A stretch of 64,000 nt of DNA from Octopus vulgaris (lineage: Eukaryota): contig OX597840.1 of the NCBI GenBank assembly GCA_951406725.2, positions 23,312,001-23,376,000 of the forward strand, given 5' to 3'. A program made the position numbers and the translations under genes. Below the pieces are notes generated by a model. The model did not search any database. It saw only the letters and a list, made by a program, of their open reading frames with translations, and was not told the DNA's origin. This document shows, one piece after another, positions 1 through 11,579 of the stretch. Numbering within the stretch: position 1 is the stretch's first letter; every line of letters starts with the position of its first letter.

Positions 1-309
1 GGTAATTATTCTCCTTCCTCTCGCAGGTGTTACGACCACTCACGGAAACGGAGACACACGTCTTTGTGAGCAGAAGGATCTCCGCAGTAGAATCAATAGC
101 TGCAAACCCTCTGAAGACCTCACGGGTTGTGTCCGGGTAGAATGGATATAATTCGCCTCTACCCATCTATGGACAGAGATTTCTTGTGGGGTGCTTGTAA
201 AGACAAGAACATTACATACGTTGGTGAGACATCTAGAAGCATTGCAGGGGGATGAAATAAAAATTAGAGGCAGCATGACCACATAACCAGTCCTCCATAC
301 TCTACCAAA
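1..309 (+). mobile_element. Internally deleted Penelope-like relic (RT motif-A region joined to GIY-YIG-like motif)
   Basis: Translating across frameshifts gives FLSQVLRPLTE..DLRSRINSC..GRMDIIRLYPSMD, matching FLSQFLRPLIE..DLLSRIRKC..GSMDVVSLYPSID of the RT at 55437-56234. It is followed directly by CKDKNITYVGETSRS. An inverted copy lies at 53625-53934. Confidence 0.7.
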
Positions 310-560
310 GGTACTACTCAAAAAGAATGGTCCCAGTGCGCGTACTCGTGCTAGTCCATTGTGACTGGTCGATTCTTCAACGACTACTTAGCGCGAGTAT
401 GCAAATTAACAGATGCGCGCATAATAATATATGTATATAATGGCTGAATATATCATCATCATCATTTAACGTCTGTTCTCCATGCTAGCATGGGTTGGAC
501 GATCAAATAAAATGGGTTTTGTCTTAAACAAAGTAAATAAAAGACTCAACAAAAGAAATT
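310..560. mobile_element. Partial MITE of the family at 42331-42597 and 53270-53624, with a ~50-bp SINE-tail insert at 454-504
   Basis: Terminus GGTACTACTCAAAAAG..GTGCGCGTACTCG is shared with 42331; reverse complement of ~53430-53624. Confidence 0.6.
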
Positions 561-986
561 ACGGCAATTTTTCGTCTCTAGTAGACGTTTCCGTCGATTT
601 CCGTAAAAATTTTTTTTTTTTTACATATGGGCTTGCGGAAACTTTTGAAATAATGAGAGCGAAAGAGACTAAGAGGAAGCATTTGTATGACGAGGGAAAT
701 TCATTTGAAGTTACCGTCCAGGGGAAGCATTGATGTACATGTGTGTGTGTGTTTGATGGGGTGTGGCAGACAGACACTATGTTGTGTAAGTGAAGTACTT
801 CTGTTAGTGTGTGTGTGAAGAGACAGAGTAATATGTGAAAGAAAGAGATAACTGAAATTTTTTACTCGGTGTATGTATATACGTATGTATATTACTTCAA
901 AAGTTCCCGCAAGCCCATATGTAAGAAAAAAAAATTTTTTTACGGAAATCGATGGAAAGGTCTACTAGAGACGAAAGATCGCCCGT
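561..986. mobile_element. MITE with ~85-95-bp terminal inverted repeats
   Basis: 570-654 (TTTCGTCTCTAGTAGAC..GGGCTTGCGG..TTTTGAAATAAT) is the reverse complement of 891-976; non-coding interior. Confidence 0.75.
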
Positions 987-1404
987 TTTTTACAGAATTA
1001 GCTTTATATACATCCTTGTATGTTGACATTATTACCAGGAAACGAAATCGAAAAATAGTGGAATTGGTTTAAAAAAAAAGAGGTTAGGGAACGAATCTGA
1101 AAACTAAAAGGCCCAGAAAGCAACGGGGGTGGGGAGAGGCCTTCGGAAAATTCACAAGATCCGATGTTTTTTCCTCATAGCTTTAAAATGGGTTTTTTAA
1201 AATGAAATTTTATATAAATACCTTTCAGACGGTATAGATTAGGATTATAAAGAAATTTGTGGGGAAAATCTTTCACAAGATCCGAGTTTTTCCCTCGTAA
1301 CTTTGAGGAAAATATAATCCTTTTGAAATTACAAATTAGGCTTTTCCTCAGGAATTTCGATGATAAACATCCCTTCGAAGGGTTGAGGTCTTTACTTCTA
1401 CTGT

Positions 1405-1449
<45 letters not shown>

Positions 1450-1451
1450 TA

Positions 1452-1632
1452 TGAAATGCTTAGCAGTATTTTGTCTGTCTTTACGTTCTGAGTTCAAATT
1501 CCGCCAAGGTCGATTTTGCCCTTCATCCTTTCGGGGTCGATAAGTTAAGTATGAGTTGTGTACTGGGATCAACCTAATTGACTGGCCCTTCCTCAAAAAT
1601 GTTGAGCTTTGTAACTTAGAGTAGAAAAGAAT
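1452..1632 (+). mobile_element. 5'-truncated tRNA-derived SINE (family A)
   Basis: B-box GTTCAAATTCC and core GCCCTTCATCCTTTCGGGGTCGATAAG, shared with the full copy at 46487-46717. Confidence 0.8.
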
Positions 1633-2044
1633 GTTGATTCTTTACTGACTTTTCTACCTGTTTCATGCTTGACAAAATATTGACATTAAGCTGCCCGTAT
1701 CTATGTATTTGTGTATTTACGAATGTACAGAATGAGGCAGAGGTGGAGTGATGTCTATGTTACCAAACAAAGCTGTGTTAATACGACACATGACTGAGGT
1801 GAAACCATCAGATATCTAGTGTCATTGACATGTATATTGGTGTGTGTCTAGGACAGATGTAATGTCCAGGAGGTGTTATTACGATAGATATGTCTTGAAA
1901 ATAGAGAGATGAGATAAATTTAATAGATCAGATAAAGAATTACTTCTACAATTTTTGAAAAGAGAAATGTCGTAAATTTGCACTTTTGAATATCTGCCTT
2001 TCAAACATGCTTTATGTCTTATATTATTTTTTCTATTCTTTCAG

Positions 2045-2452
2045 AAAATCACATGAAATTGGCTAAAAATATTTTTTTACTTTTAAAGAATCATCAATAT
2101 GTATCATGTTTGAAAGACTCTGCAAAGATTTCTACAAACATATAATCCTTCTTCTATAAAACATTCCTGAATTACAGTAAAATATTTCATCTGAGAGAGA
2201 AAGCATTTCTTTACTTCTGTGTCTGAAATGTGCAAGAGATAATTTTCTCTTTTAAATATACTTTGATGGATTTACAAAAGTATTTGCAGCATTTCTAAAT
2301 ATTAAGATCACATTTAAAAGAAAAGTGATATTTGTTTGGAATAAACTATAAAAGCAAAAAGAAGAAAAATATATTTTGGTGAGAGAAGAAATATTCTTAT
2401 AAAGTTGTTGATCTGTACAACTTGAAGGATCGATTTTATTTTTGTTGGAGAG
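2045..2452 (+). promoter_or_regulatory. Splice acceptor and conserved 5' leader of ZNF gene 1
   Basis: Polypyrimidine TTTTTCTATTCTTTCAG|AAAATC; the same leader precedes seven ZNF ORFs. Confidence 0.7.
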
Positions 2453-3160
2453 ATGTCGGAAGAATTAAGAGAATCATCATATGACTGTGACATCTGCAAA
2501 GAGTCATTCTTAGAAGAAAATAAATTCAGTCAACACAAACAAATTCATGAAGGGGAAGCACCATACCAATGTGATATCTGTTGTAAATCATTCAGTCGAA
2601 GAGGTAGCTTAGCTACTCACAAACAGCTTCATACAGGGAAGAAACCCTATCAGTGTGATATCTGTGCTAAATCATTCGCCGATGGCAGTAACTTCATTCG
2701 ACACAAACGTATTCATACGGGGGAGAAACCATATCACTGTACTATCTGTGGTAAATCATTCTCTAATGACAGTCACTTAACTCGACATATACGTATCCAT
2801 ACAGGAGAGAAACCTTATCCCTGTGATATCTGTGGTGAATCATTCTCTGTTGGCAATAGCTTAACTCATCATAAACGTATCCATACAGGAGAGAAACCAT
2901 ATCACTGTGATTTATGTGGTAAATCTTTCTCTGAAAACGGTAGCTTAACTCAACACAAACGTATTCATACAGGGGAGAAACCCTATCAATGTGGTGTCTG
3001 TGGTGAATCATTCTATCACAGAGGTAACTTTACTACTCACTCAAGGGTTCATACAGGGGAGAAGCCATATCACTGTGACATCTGTGATAAATCATTCTCT
3101 GTTAGTAGTTGCCTAACTAGACACAAGCGTATTCATAAAGTGGAGAAAACCTCCCCGTGA
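2453..3160 (+). CDS. C2H2 zinc-finger protein (gene 1), 8 fingers
   Basis: 235-aa ORF of CxxC-x12-HxxxH units with TGEKPY linkers; no KRAB/BTB/ZAD domain visible. Confidence 0.85.
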   Translation: MSEELRESSYDCDICKESFLEENKFSQHKQIHEGEAPYQCDICCKSFSRRGSLATHKQLHTGKKPYQCDICAKSFADGSNFIRHKRIHTGEKPYHCTICGKSFSNDSHLTRHIRIHTGEKPYPCDICGESFSVGNSLTHHKRIHTGEKPYHCDLCGKSFSENGSLTQHKRIHTGEKPYQCGVCGESFYHRGNFTTHSRVHTGEKPYHCDICDKSFSVSSCLTRHKRIHKVEKTSP

Positions 3161-3248
3161 TATCAATGGCAAATTAGTCTATCAAAGAAGTAACGTAACT
3201 ACTTACACAAGGCGCAGGAGTGGCTGTGTGGTAAGTAGCTTGCTAACC

Positions 3249-5253
3249 TTCGACGTGTTCAGACGTGTTTTTTTGGCTGCTGCCGGATGTCACGTTCCGG
3301 TGTGAATTATTGAAATTTGAGACTCGACTACAAGTAGGCGTTTGATGTTTTTTTTAGGGGTTTAGTGAGGTTTATTGCTCTGTATTTATTATCTTTTGGA
3401 GAGTAATAGACTTCACTTTGCTCCGGACATTTTCCTTCCTGTGGTCGAGCGTAAAGACTCACTTTGCAGTGAGAATTGTGGTTTTTGAGGTGGCGTAGCC
3501 CCTCCTCAAAAATTAATTGATTTCGTGTTGGATTTACCAAGGATAACCAAGGATTGTTTTGTTGGATTTACGAAGAAGCACCAAGGATAACCAAGGACTG
3601 TTTTGGACGTTTGGCCAGGAGTACCTTTTTGGCCAAAAAAATTAATTCCTTTGCTGAATTTGAACTCTCTTCTTCCAGCTATCGTTTATTTTTAAAAAGA
3701 ACTCTTTTGAACTGTTATTTTTAGTGTAATTCTTCTTTTCTGTTGTGTTTTCTCTTCTCCCTCTTTCTATCTTATTTATTTTCTTACACTTTTGAACTTT
3801 AATTGGATTCCATTTCGAAATGGCAAAGGAATTTATTGTGTGGGACCTAACACCTCCCAAAAAACATTTAAAAGAGCTGGAAAGGAAGACCGTGGTGTTG
3901 AGGACTTACTCGAAGTCGCTCGACACCATAGCTGTCTTCCCGAAGGCCACAATTTTAAACAAGCTGGCAGACTACATGCCAGCCGTTAAATTTATCTCAC
4001 GGGGAGTGGTTGCTATTTGACTCCCCACAAGAAGCTTGTGACTTTGCAAGCCAGCCCCTTTAGGGCAAAGAAATATTGTTTCTCCCAAACTATATGGGAG
4101 AAAAACTATTGAGGGCTTGGATCTGCGGCTTATCACCCGGAGTTGAGCCCGAGTGGATAGAGGACTCTCTCCGCCGGGGTCTGGGTGGTAGCAGTGCCGA
4201 GCTGCTAAGTGTAAAAATGTTGCCTGCGGCTGATTGGGAGGGGTCGAAAGCTGTTTTGACCCTATGGACCCAATCAGCCAAAAGTCTGGTTTTACCAGAT
4301 TTCTTGAGGATGGCCGGGTCCAAGTATCCGGTGATGCTTGAGGACGCCCCCCCCAAGTGTCACCTGTGCCTGGAGACCGGCCACATTAAGAAGAACTGCC
4401 CCAGGGACCAAAGTAGGCATCTGGAGCAGTTAATGGTGGAATCTCTCCCTGCTCCCCCAATGGAGGGAGAGAAACAGAACGAGGAAATTGCTACATCCTC
4501 AAAAAAGAAAAGAAAGATGGGCAACAATGGTGACCCACCGAAAGACCCGGGAGCTGCGGGAGAAAAAGAGGACCCGTTGTGTGCAACACAGGAACCTCAC
4601 CCTCCCGCGGCCCAGGGGAAAAAAGGAAGAAAAAAAAGAAAGAGAAACTGGACGCCGGCGGCGGATTGTAACACGCAGACGGCGTCTCCCAAGCCTCCTC
4701 AGGTGGATATGCTGCCGGAGGATCAATATGTGGTCCTCTTCCACAAAGGAGGAACGCTTGAAAACGAGATAGGTAAATTGGAAGGGAGAGGCCAATGGGA
4801 GGGACTTCGATCCTGCACGGAGGACCCTGAGTGGCCTTCGCAGGTGGCTGCAGAGGTCCTATGGCATAGCGATCTGTGCAGGATCATGAATTCCTTCCCG
4901 GAGGACTCCTTTCAGTTTATACCTGAATACTGCCGCCCGACAAAGAATGATTGCCTCGATAAAGCAAAAGCGCTGGTCGGCCGGGTGACTTGAACTTTTT
5001 GAATGTTTTTAAAAAAGAAAATTTGTATCATATTGAGAAAGAGGTTCATTGCCTCATTGTGACTTTTGTGAAATTTTGTGACCTTTTGATTTTTTTGAAA
5101 AAAGAACGTCTTAGAGAAGCGGAAGTCGGCAGGCGTTTTCGTCTTCTCCCATCACCATCTTCGTTCCATCACCATCATTCATACCATCAATGTCTACGTC
5201 CAGCCCGCAGAGTTACATCTATGTACTGCCTTCATGGCAAATTTAATGAATAA
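3249..5253 (+). mobile_element. ORF1-only non-LTR element (HAL1-like, L1/Tx1 group), 16-bp TSD
   Basis: TSD AAGTAGCTTGCTAACC at 3233-3248 and 5254-5269; ends at AATAAA; carries a gag-like ORF1 but no endonuclease or RT. Confidence 0.8.
3820..4993 (+). pseudogene. Disrupted ORF1 with CCHC zinc knuckle
   Basis: ORFs 3820-4020 and 4076-4993; CHLCLETGHIKKNC knuckle; aligns by eye with ORF1 at 61081-61978. Confidence 0.75.
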
Positions 5254-5620
5254 AAGTAGCTTGCTAACCAACCACATGGTTCCGGGTTCAGTCCTACTGC
5301 GTGGCACCTTGGGCAAGTCTCTTCTACTATAGCCTCAGGCCGACCAAAACCTTGTGAGTGGATTTGGTAGACGGAAACTGGAAGAAGCCTGTCGTATATA
5401 TGTATGTATGTGTGTGTTTGTGTGCTTGTGTTTGTCCCCCTAGCATTGCTTGACAACTGATGCTGGTGTGTTTATATCCCGTCACTTAGCAGTTCGGCAA
5501 AAGTGACCTATAGAATAAGTATTGGGCTTACAAAGAATAAGTCCCGGGGTCGAGTTGCTCGATTAAAGCTGGTGCTCCAGCATGGCCACAGTCAAATGAC
5601 TGAAACAAGTAAAAGAGTAA

Positions 5621-5910
5621 GGGTTCATACAGAGGAGAAACGAAATCATTGTGATATCTGTGACAAATGATTCTCCGAAAACAGTGGCTTAACTCAACAC
5701 AAACATATTCATACCGCGAGGAAACCATATCTGTGGTACATCATTCTCTTGTACTTACTGCTTAGATATTCAGAAATATATCCATACAGGAGACAAGGAA
5801 TACCACTGTGCTATGTATGGTAAATCATTCTCTTAGTAGTTGCCTAACTAAACAGAAGCGTATTTATACACTGGAGAAACCATATTACTGTTGTATCTGT
5901 GGTAAATCAT
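5621..5910 (+). pseudogene. Decayed continuation of the gene 1 finger array
   Basis: GTTCATACAGAGGAGAAA..TGTGATATCTGTG..TCATT finger motifs with stops and indels. Confidence 0.8.
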
Positions 5911-6339
5911 CATCCTTTAAAATTCAGTTATTCATACTTCTCTCTATCACATGGACTTCAGTGATGGAGATTCTCTTCACCCAGGTACCTTTCCTGTTGC
6001 CAATCCCCATATGTTTCCAAGCAAGGAAACGTTTTCCATGGTAAGACATATTCGACACAGAAGACTGGAAATGACCATCTGCATTTGTATGACGGTCATT
6101 TACAAACACCACATCTGGACAAGGGTACACACACACATATGCATGTCTGGAGAATTTCTTATAGGAAATATTTTACTTTTTTAATCTACATCTAAATGTT
6201 TGTAATTCCTTGTAGGAAATGAAACACATGTAATGCTGAATAAATGATATCAAACTTTTATCTGGTCTCCTTATGTGATATTTAATTACTCTGCAAAAAA
6301 TAACCAAACCTAATGCAAAAATAATATGTGTATATATCC

Positions 6340-6483
6340 TCGTTTTTTTCTGTGTCCCTTTCTGTAGAAGAGCGTAGGCTCGAAATGTAAAAGACTTTTT
6401 CAATTCCTGAGCGTTATACTAATACATCTGTTTGTTTTGTACACCACCTGTCTTCGTCTTTTGTTTTTTTCGTAAACTCTCCC
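6340..6483 (+). repeat. Short repeat with degenerate hammerhead-like core (Penelope pLTR-like)
   Basis: CTGTAGA-A-GAGC-GTAG-GCTC-GAAA at ~6362-6385; next to (TA)n. Confidence 0.4.
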
Positions 6484-6734
6484 TATATATATATATATGT
6501 ATAACCAGCTTCTCTCTCTCCAACTGGTATACTTTTGCTATGTAGTGGAGTAGGCATGAGAGGGATGGAGGAGTGAAGAAGTAGAGAAAGTTGATCTTAT
6601 AATAATTCTGCATGTCATTATGTTACTTAGCCTGTCAATAACACTTTCAGCCATTAGAGAAGAACTGGGAGAAAGAAAAGAGGATAAGGTTAGGAGTGAG
6701 GTGGGAAGAGGGAGAAAAGACTCAGAAAGAAGTG

Positions 6735-7924
6735 TGCAAATCCTTCCTGTCATTCCTAAAGGGAGCTGGGCTGATGAAGTGCACGCATGCCTTAAGTCAT
6801 CCATGTTGTGGCCCCAGGTTAAGACCTTAAGCATAATCACAAACATGCATGCACACTTGATTGGTAATAGAATGTCTGCAGCATTTGTTGAAGAAATTTT
6901 AGCCCTTGGAGAAGACAAGGTCCCTAGGAATGATAGGGGCAACATATCAGTCTATGAACTGTGCAACTCCGTGAACAACCCTTCCGGTCCTTTGGAAACT
7001 GTTTCCCAATCTGGAAAGTAATTATGCAGACATCAATTGGCTCGGTGAAAGAACCATCCTGGCCCCTAAAAACAAAGGTGTCAGTGCTATCAATGACCAG
7101 CTCATATGACGAATTCCAGGTGAGGAGTACATCTACAAATCAATTGACCTGACGTCTGACCCCCAAGACATTGTCATTTACCCTATCGAGTTTCTCAACT
7201 CATTGGAGCCAGCAGGGTTTCCACCTCACGTCCTTAGGCTAAGGGCTGGATGCCCAATTATGCTAATCAGAAACTTACTTCCGCCTAAACAGTGCAACAG
7301 GACCTGCTTAGTAATCACGTCCCTCACGCCCCACTTCATTGAGGCCACCATTGTTACAGGTTGCAGGAGGGGTGAAGATTTTTTCATTTCAAGGATGCAG
7401 CTTTATCCCCCATGGTCAGACATGCCGGTCAAGTTCTACAGATCGAAGTTTCTGGTCAGACCATGCTTCACCATGTCCATCAAGAAATCCCAAGGCCAAA
7501 CACCAACGGTAGCAGGCATCGATTTGGGGTTTTCCATTCAATGAGGATAAATAATTGATAAACTAATTCCTTATAGGATTTCTGCTAAAATTGACTACAC
7601 CCCATTTTCAACCATAACTTTTACCAATTTTGACATATTTTGCTCAAACTCGATGCCATCATTACTTAGGACTCGTAGGATCTTTGAAGGCTTTAAGTTC
7701 TCAAAAAAAATAAAAAACGATGAGTGGAAATAATCGATAAACTGATTCCTTATGGTATTTCTCATTCAAATTGCCTGCGATCCCACTTGCAGCCAAACTT
7801 TTGCCAATTTCAGCAGATTTCGCTCGAATGTGATGTTATTATCACTTATTTTGGTTTAAAGTAAAGCGCTTCATCACTTAATGATCCTAATTTAATACCG
7901 AGCAACGCCGGGTTATACTGCTAC
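6735..7924 (+). mobile_element. Helitron relic: PIF1-type helicase fragment and 3' terminus
   Basis: QILPVIPKG..CLKSS, PIEFLNSLEPAGFPPHVLRLRAGCPIMLIRNL and KSQGQT motifs with frameshifts; terminal hairpin CCGAGCAACGCCGGG..CTAC at 7898-7924. Confidence 0.8.
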
Positions 7925-8090
7925 TCAAATATATATCAGTAAAGCCGTTAATATTTAAATACAAGAGTTAGTTCCCCTTGTTAACTCTTCCTAATTTTGC
8001 TTCTTCCTCCTGTTTCTCACGCACCTTGATTGTTTGATCAGTTCCACTTGACAACTGATATTTAAGAGGAAAACCCAATCAAATATATAC

Positions 8091-10553
8091 TATAAAAATA
8101 GTAACGTGATCCTATTTTTAATAATATAATTTACTGACTATATTTTACATGCAGCGGCAATACACATAAGTTTGGAATGACAACAAGATTTCTTTTTAAG
8201 ATATATACATTATTTATTTTACATATTTTACAATCATGTTTGATGTTGGAAGTTTGTAAGTGTTCGCATGTTTTTGTGTCTGTGTGTTCGTTAGGCGTAA
8301 AAAGGTACTGACCAGTGAATTAACGATGGGATTTGATTCACAGTTAATGTTGTTGGTATCGGCTTGGCAACAGGTAATAACAGATGGCTTAAGGTAGTTC
8401 TTAGAAGAAACTAGAACCCAAGAAACAGATAATTGATTTATCGTTTATGAGGTACACTGTAAGAGTTCTATATCAAGGTATTGCGTGTCGCAGTTGAGAT
8501 TAATTGAATCACTCGTTGTGTTTATCTTTCTCTTGATATGAATATACTTCCAGACATGTTACTGTAGCCGTTTTCTTCGTGGCGAGAATTTCACCTAACC
8601 GCTATAGTTGAATCTGTAGTTGTCTCGTGTACAATTTAAATCTTCGATGTTTGTCGATTGGTTCTTGCTGCTTCTTCATTATATGTTCTGCTTGGTTATG
8701 TTTCTCTAGTTATAGATATCTTGTAACCGTTTTCTTCATGGTGATTTTTCACACTAACAGTATGAGAGGTATCTGTAACATCTTGTATTAATGGTGGTCG
8801 CCTGCCTCGAAACTGGAACTTGGTCGAGTATTCTCTGTGTGGTCAGAGACTTAGTTCTTAAAAGAACTAAAAGCCTAAGACGAGCTCTGTGTGTGGTCAG
8901 AGGTTCGCCCTGAGAAGGACTGGAAACCTCAGACGAATATTCTTCTGAGAAACCTTATTTATAAGGTTCATCAGGCTCCCAGTGAAATTCAGAAATGGAA
9001 AGCTGTGATTGGCTGCTTGGCACTATGGCGCGAAAATAAGTCGAGACATTTTGCGCCAAGTTATAACCAGCGGTGCGAGCGTAGTAGAGACCAACGTGTC
9101 AGCCAATCGAATTAGTGTTTACATCAATGTTGAACTAGCCAAAGCTGTTTGTAATCTCGACCGAGGTCATTCTATATACTCTTCTCAAACAGTGAAGATA
9201 GCACTGAGAGACGATATTGCTACATATAGCCTCTTACCAGACGTTTTGTCTACGACAAAACGGCGATAAAATTTACAGTATTATATATATATATTTTTTT
9301 TGTTTTTGTTTTTCTTAAAAAGTTCATCCTTCAGCGTTCCCTTGTGTCAATTCCGTAACTTATGTCTACCGTTGGCCGCGCAGTATATCAGAAGTCCTGC
9401 GTATTAAAGGGGTCACCAGTATAAAAATAGTAACGTGGTCTTATTCTTATTAATATAATTTACTGACTATATTTTACATGCAGCGGCAATACACATAAGT
9501 TTGGAATGACAACAAGATTTCTTTTTAAGATATATACATTATTTATTTTACATATTTTACAATCATGTTTGATGTTGGAAGTTTGTAAGTGTTCGCATGT
9601 TTTTGTGTCTGTGTGTTCGTTAGGCGTAAAAAGGTACTGACCAGTGAATTAACGATGGGATTTGATTCACAGTTAATGTTGTTGGTATCGGCTTGGCAAC
9701 AGGTAATAACAGATGGCTTAAGGTAGTTCTTAGAAGAAACTAGAACCCAAGAAACAGATAATTGATTTATCGTTTATGAGGTACACTGTAAGAGTTCTAT
9801 ATCAAGGTATTGCGTGTCGCAGTTGAGATTAATTGAATCACTCGTTGTGTTTATCTTTCTCTTGATATGAATATACTTCCAGACATGTTACTGTAGCCGT
9901 TTTCTTCGTGGCGAGAATTTCACCTAACCGCTATAGTTGAATCTGTAGTTGTCTCGTGTACAATTTAAATCTTCGATGTTTGTCGATTGGTTCTTGCTGC
10001 TTCTTCATTATATGTTCTGCTTGGTTATGTTTCTCTAGTTATAGATATCTTGTAACCGTTTTCTTCATGGTGATTTTTCACACTAACAGTATGAGAGGTA
10101 TCTGTAACATCTTGTATTAATGGTGGTCGCCTGCCTCGAAACTGGAACTTGGTCGAGTATTCTCTGTGTGGTCAGAGACTTAGTTCTTAAAAGAACTAAA
10201 AGCCTAAGACGAGCTCTGTGTGTGGTCAGAGGTTCGCCCTGAGAAGGACTGGAAACCTCAGACGAATATTCTTCTGAGAAACCTTATTTATAAGGTTCAT
10301 CAGGCTCCCAGTGAAATTCAGAAATGGAAAGCTGTGATTGGCTGCTTGGCACTATGGCGCGAAAATAAGTCGAGACATTTTGCGCCAAGTTATAACCAGC
10401 GGTGCGAGCGTAGTAGAGACCAACGTGTCAGCCAATCGAATTAGTGTTTACATCAATGTTGAACTAGCCAAAGCTGTTTGTAATCTCGACCGAGGTCATT
10501 CTATATACTCTTCTCAAACAGTGAAGATAGCACTGAGAGACGATATTGCTACA
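8091..10553 (-). mobile_element. Non-autonomous LTR retroelement: two 1134-bp LTRs (8091-9224, 9420-10553) and a 195-bp core
   Basis: Constant offset 1329; TSD ATAC (8087-8090, 10554-10557) confirmed by empty paralogous sites near 16490 and 23090; PBS TGGTGACCCC (9418-9409); purine tract GGTAAGAGG near 9230. Confidence 0.85.
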
Positions 10554-11579
10554 ATACAAACGATTGGTAATTAACTGTCTAAAGAAGCAGATACAGCATT
10601 TACGATTCTGTGGAGCTGAAAAATATGAAGTAACGTTCGTTGGAAAAAGGAAGAAATTCTCTTGAAGCTGTCAGTGTCCGCTCTGACTCGTTGACTCTCT
10701 CTTTATATCAATTAATATGTAAGTATTATAAAGACATTTCTATTGTATTTAGTATCATATTACGTACATCTGTTTGTTTCCATGTGTTGAATAAGTCAAA
10801 AGAAAGAATCTCAATAAACAGACGAAATTATATGAAAGTAAGGCTGTTCTTTTAATAATTACGATGTAATTTGTAAGAAAAGATGGGGAATGTATAAAAG
10901 TACGATTGTGCACTTGAATTACTGAAACGAAAAGGCAATATGGTATACAGACGAAATGAAAGGGCTTTGAATTGAAACACTAGAAAGTACCTCATTTGAC
11001 CAAAAATAAATATAAAAATCCGTTTATATAATCTTTTACTCGAACATTAGTAGAGAAGATATTTAAAAAAATATCGACACGACATATAAAATGAAGGCTG
11101 ATTAGCCATTGTTTAAAAACTATCGCCTTGTGAAATTTAGTTTACTCGAATCAGTCACCAATAATTTACTTTTCCATGCTTGAAGCATTATAAACATTTT
11201 TATGTCCATTAAAATATATAGAAATTATAGTAATAATAATCAAAAAGTCACTGAGAATGGTTTTAAGTGTGGTTTCACATTTTTATATTTCCCACTCCCT
11301 CGGAAAAATTCTTACACATAAATCCCCATATATTCTTAACCTAAACGAGATTTCTTGAAAATGTCATTAAAAAAACCATCCATTTTCGTGGAAGTTACAG
11401 GCAACAAAGTGGATGGGGTACTGATCTGTAGTTATGCTGTCATTTTATGGCATGATAATGCCAAAGTAACACACGCCTAGTCCATTGCTGGGATATAAGC
11501 AAAGGGAAAAAAGATGCTGATTTAAATTTTTACTCGCACCCCAACCGAGCGAGGCCGTGTATATTTGGGGGTAAGGCAA

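Larger units (their letters stand above)
990..2452 (+). repeat. Segmental duplicate of the region upstream of the ZNF gene at 32353 (~30740-32352)
   Basis: Collinear near-identity including the (TA)n tract and SINE. The 31-kb copy has an extra 91-bp tandem duplication (31568-31751). Confidence 0.9.
3210..5620 (+). mobile_element. tRNA-derived SINE (family B), split by an insertion at 3249-5253
   Basis: Head GGCGCAGGAGTGGCTGTGTGGTAAG at 3211 resumes at 5254; ends ..CATGGCCACAGTCAAATGACTGAAACAAGTAAAAG. Intact copies at 35806 and 47190. Confidence 0.9.

Noticed and set aside
6620-7021. 133-aa ORF as a host gene
   Set aside because: Chimera of purine-rich ZNF flank and Helitron helicase fragment.
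8891-10574. Duplicated small ORFs, or an assembly duplication
   Set aside because: The ORFs lie inside LTRs and have no recognisable motifs; TSD, PBS and empty paralogous sites show a real insertion.
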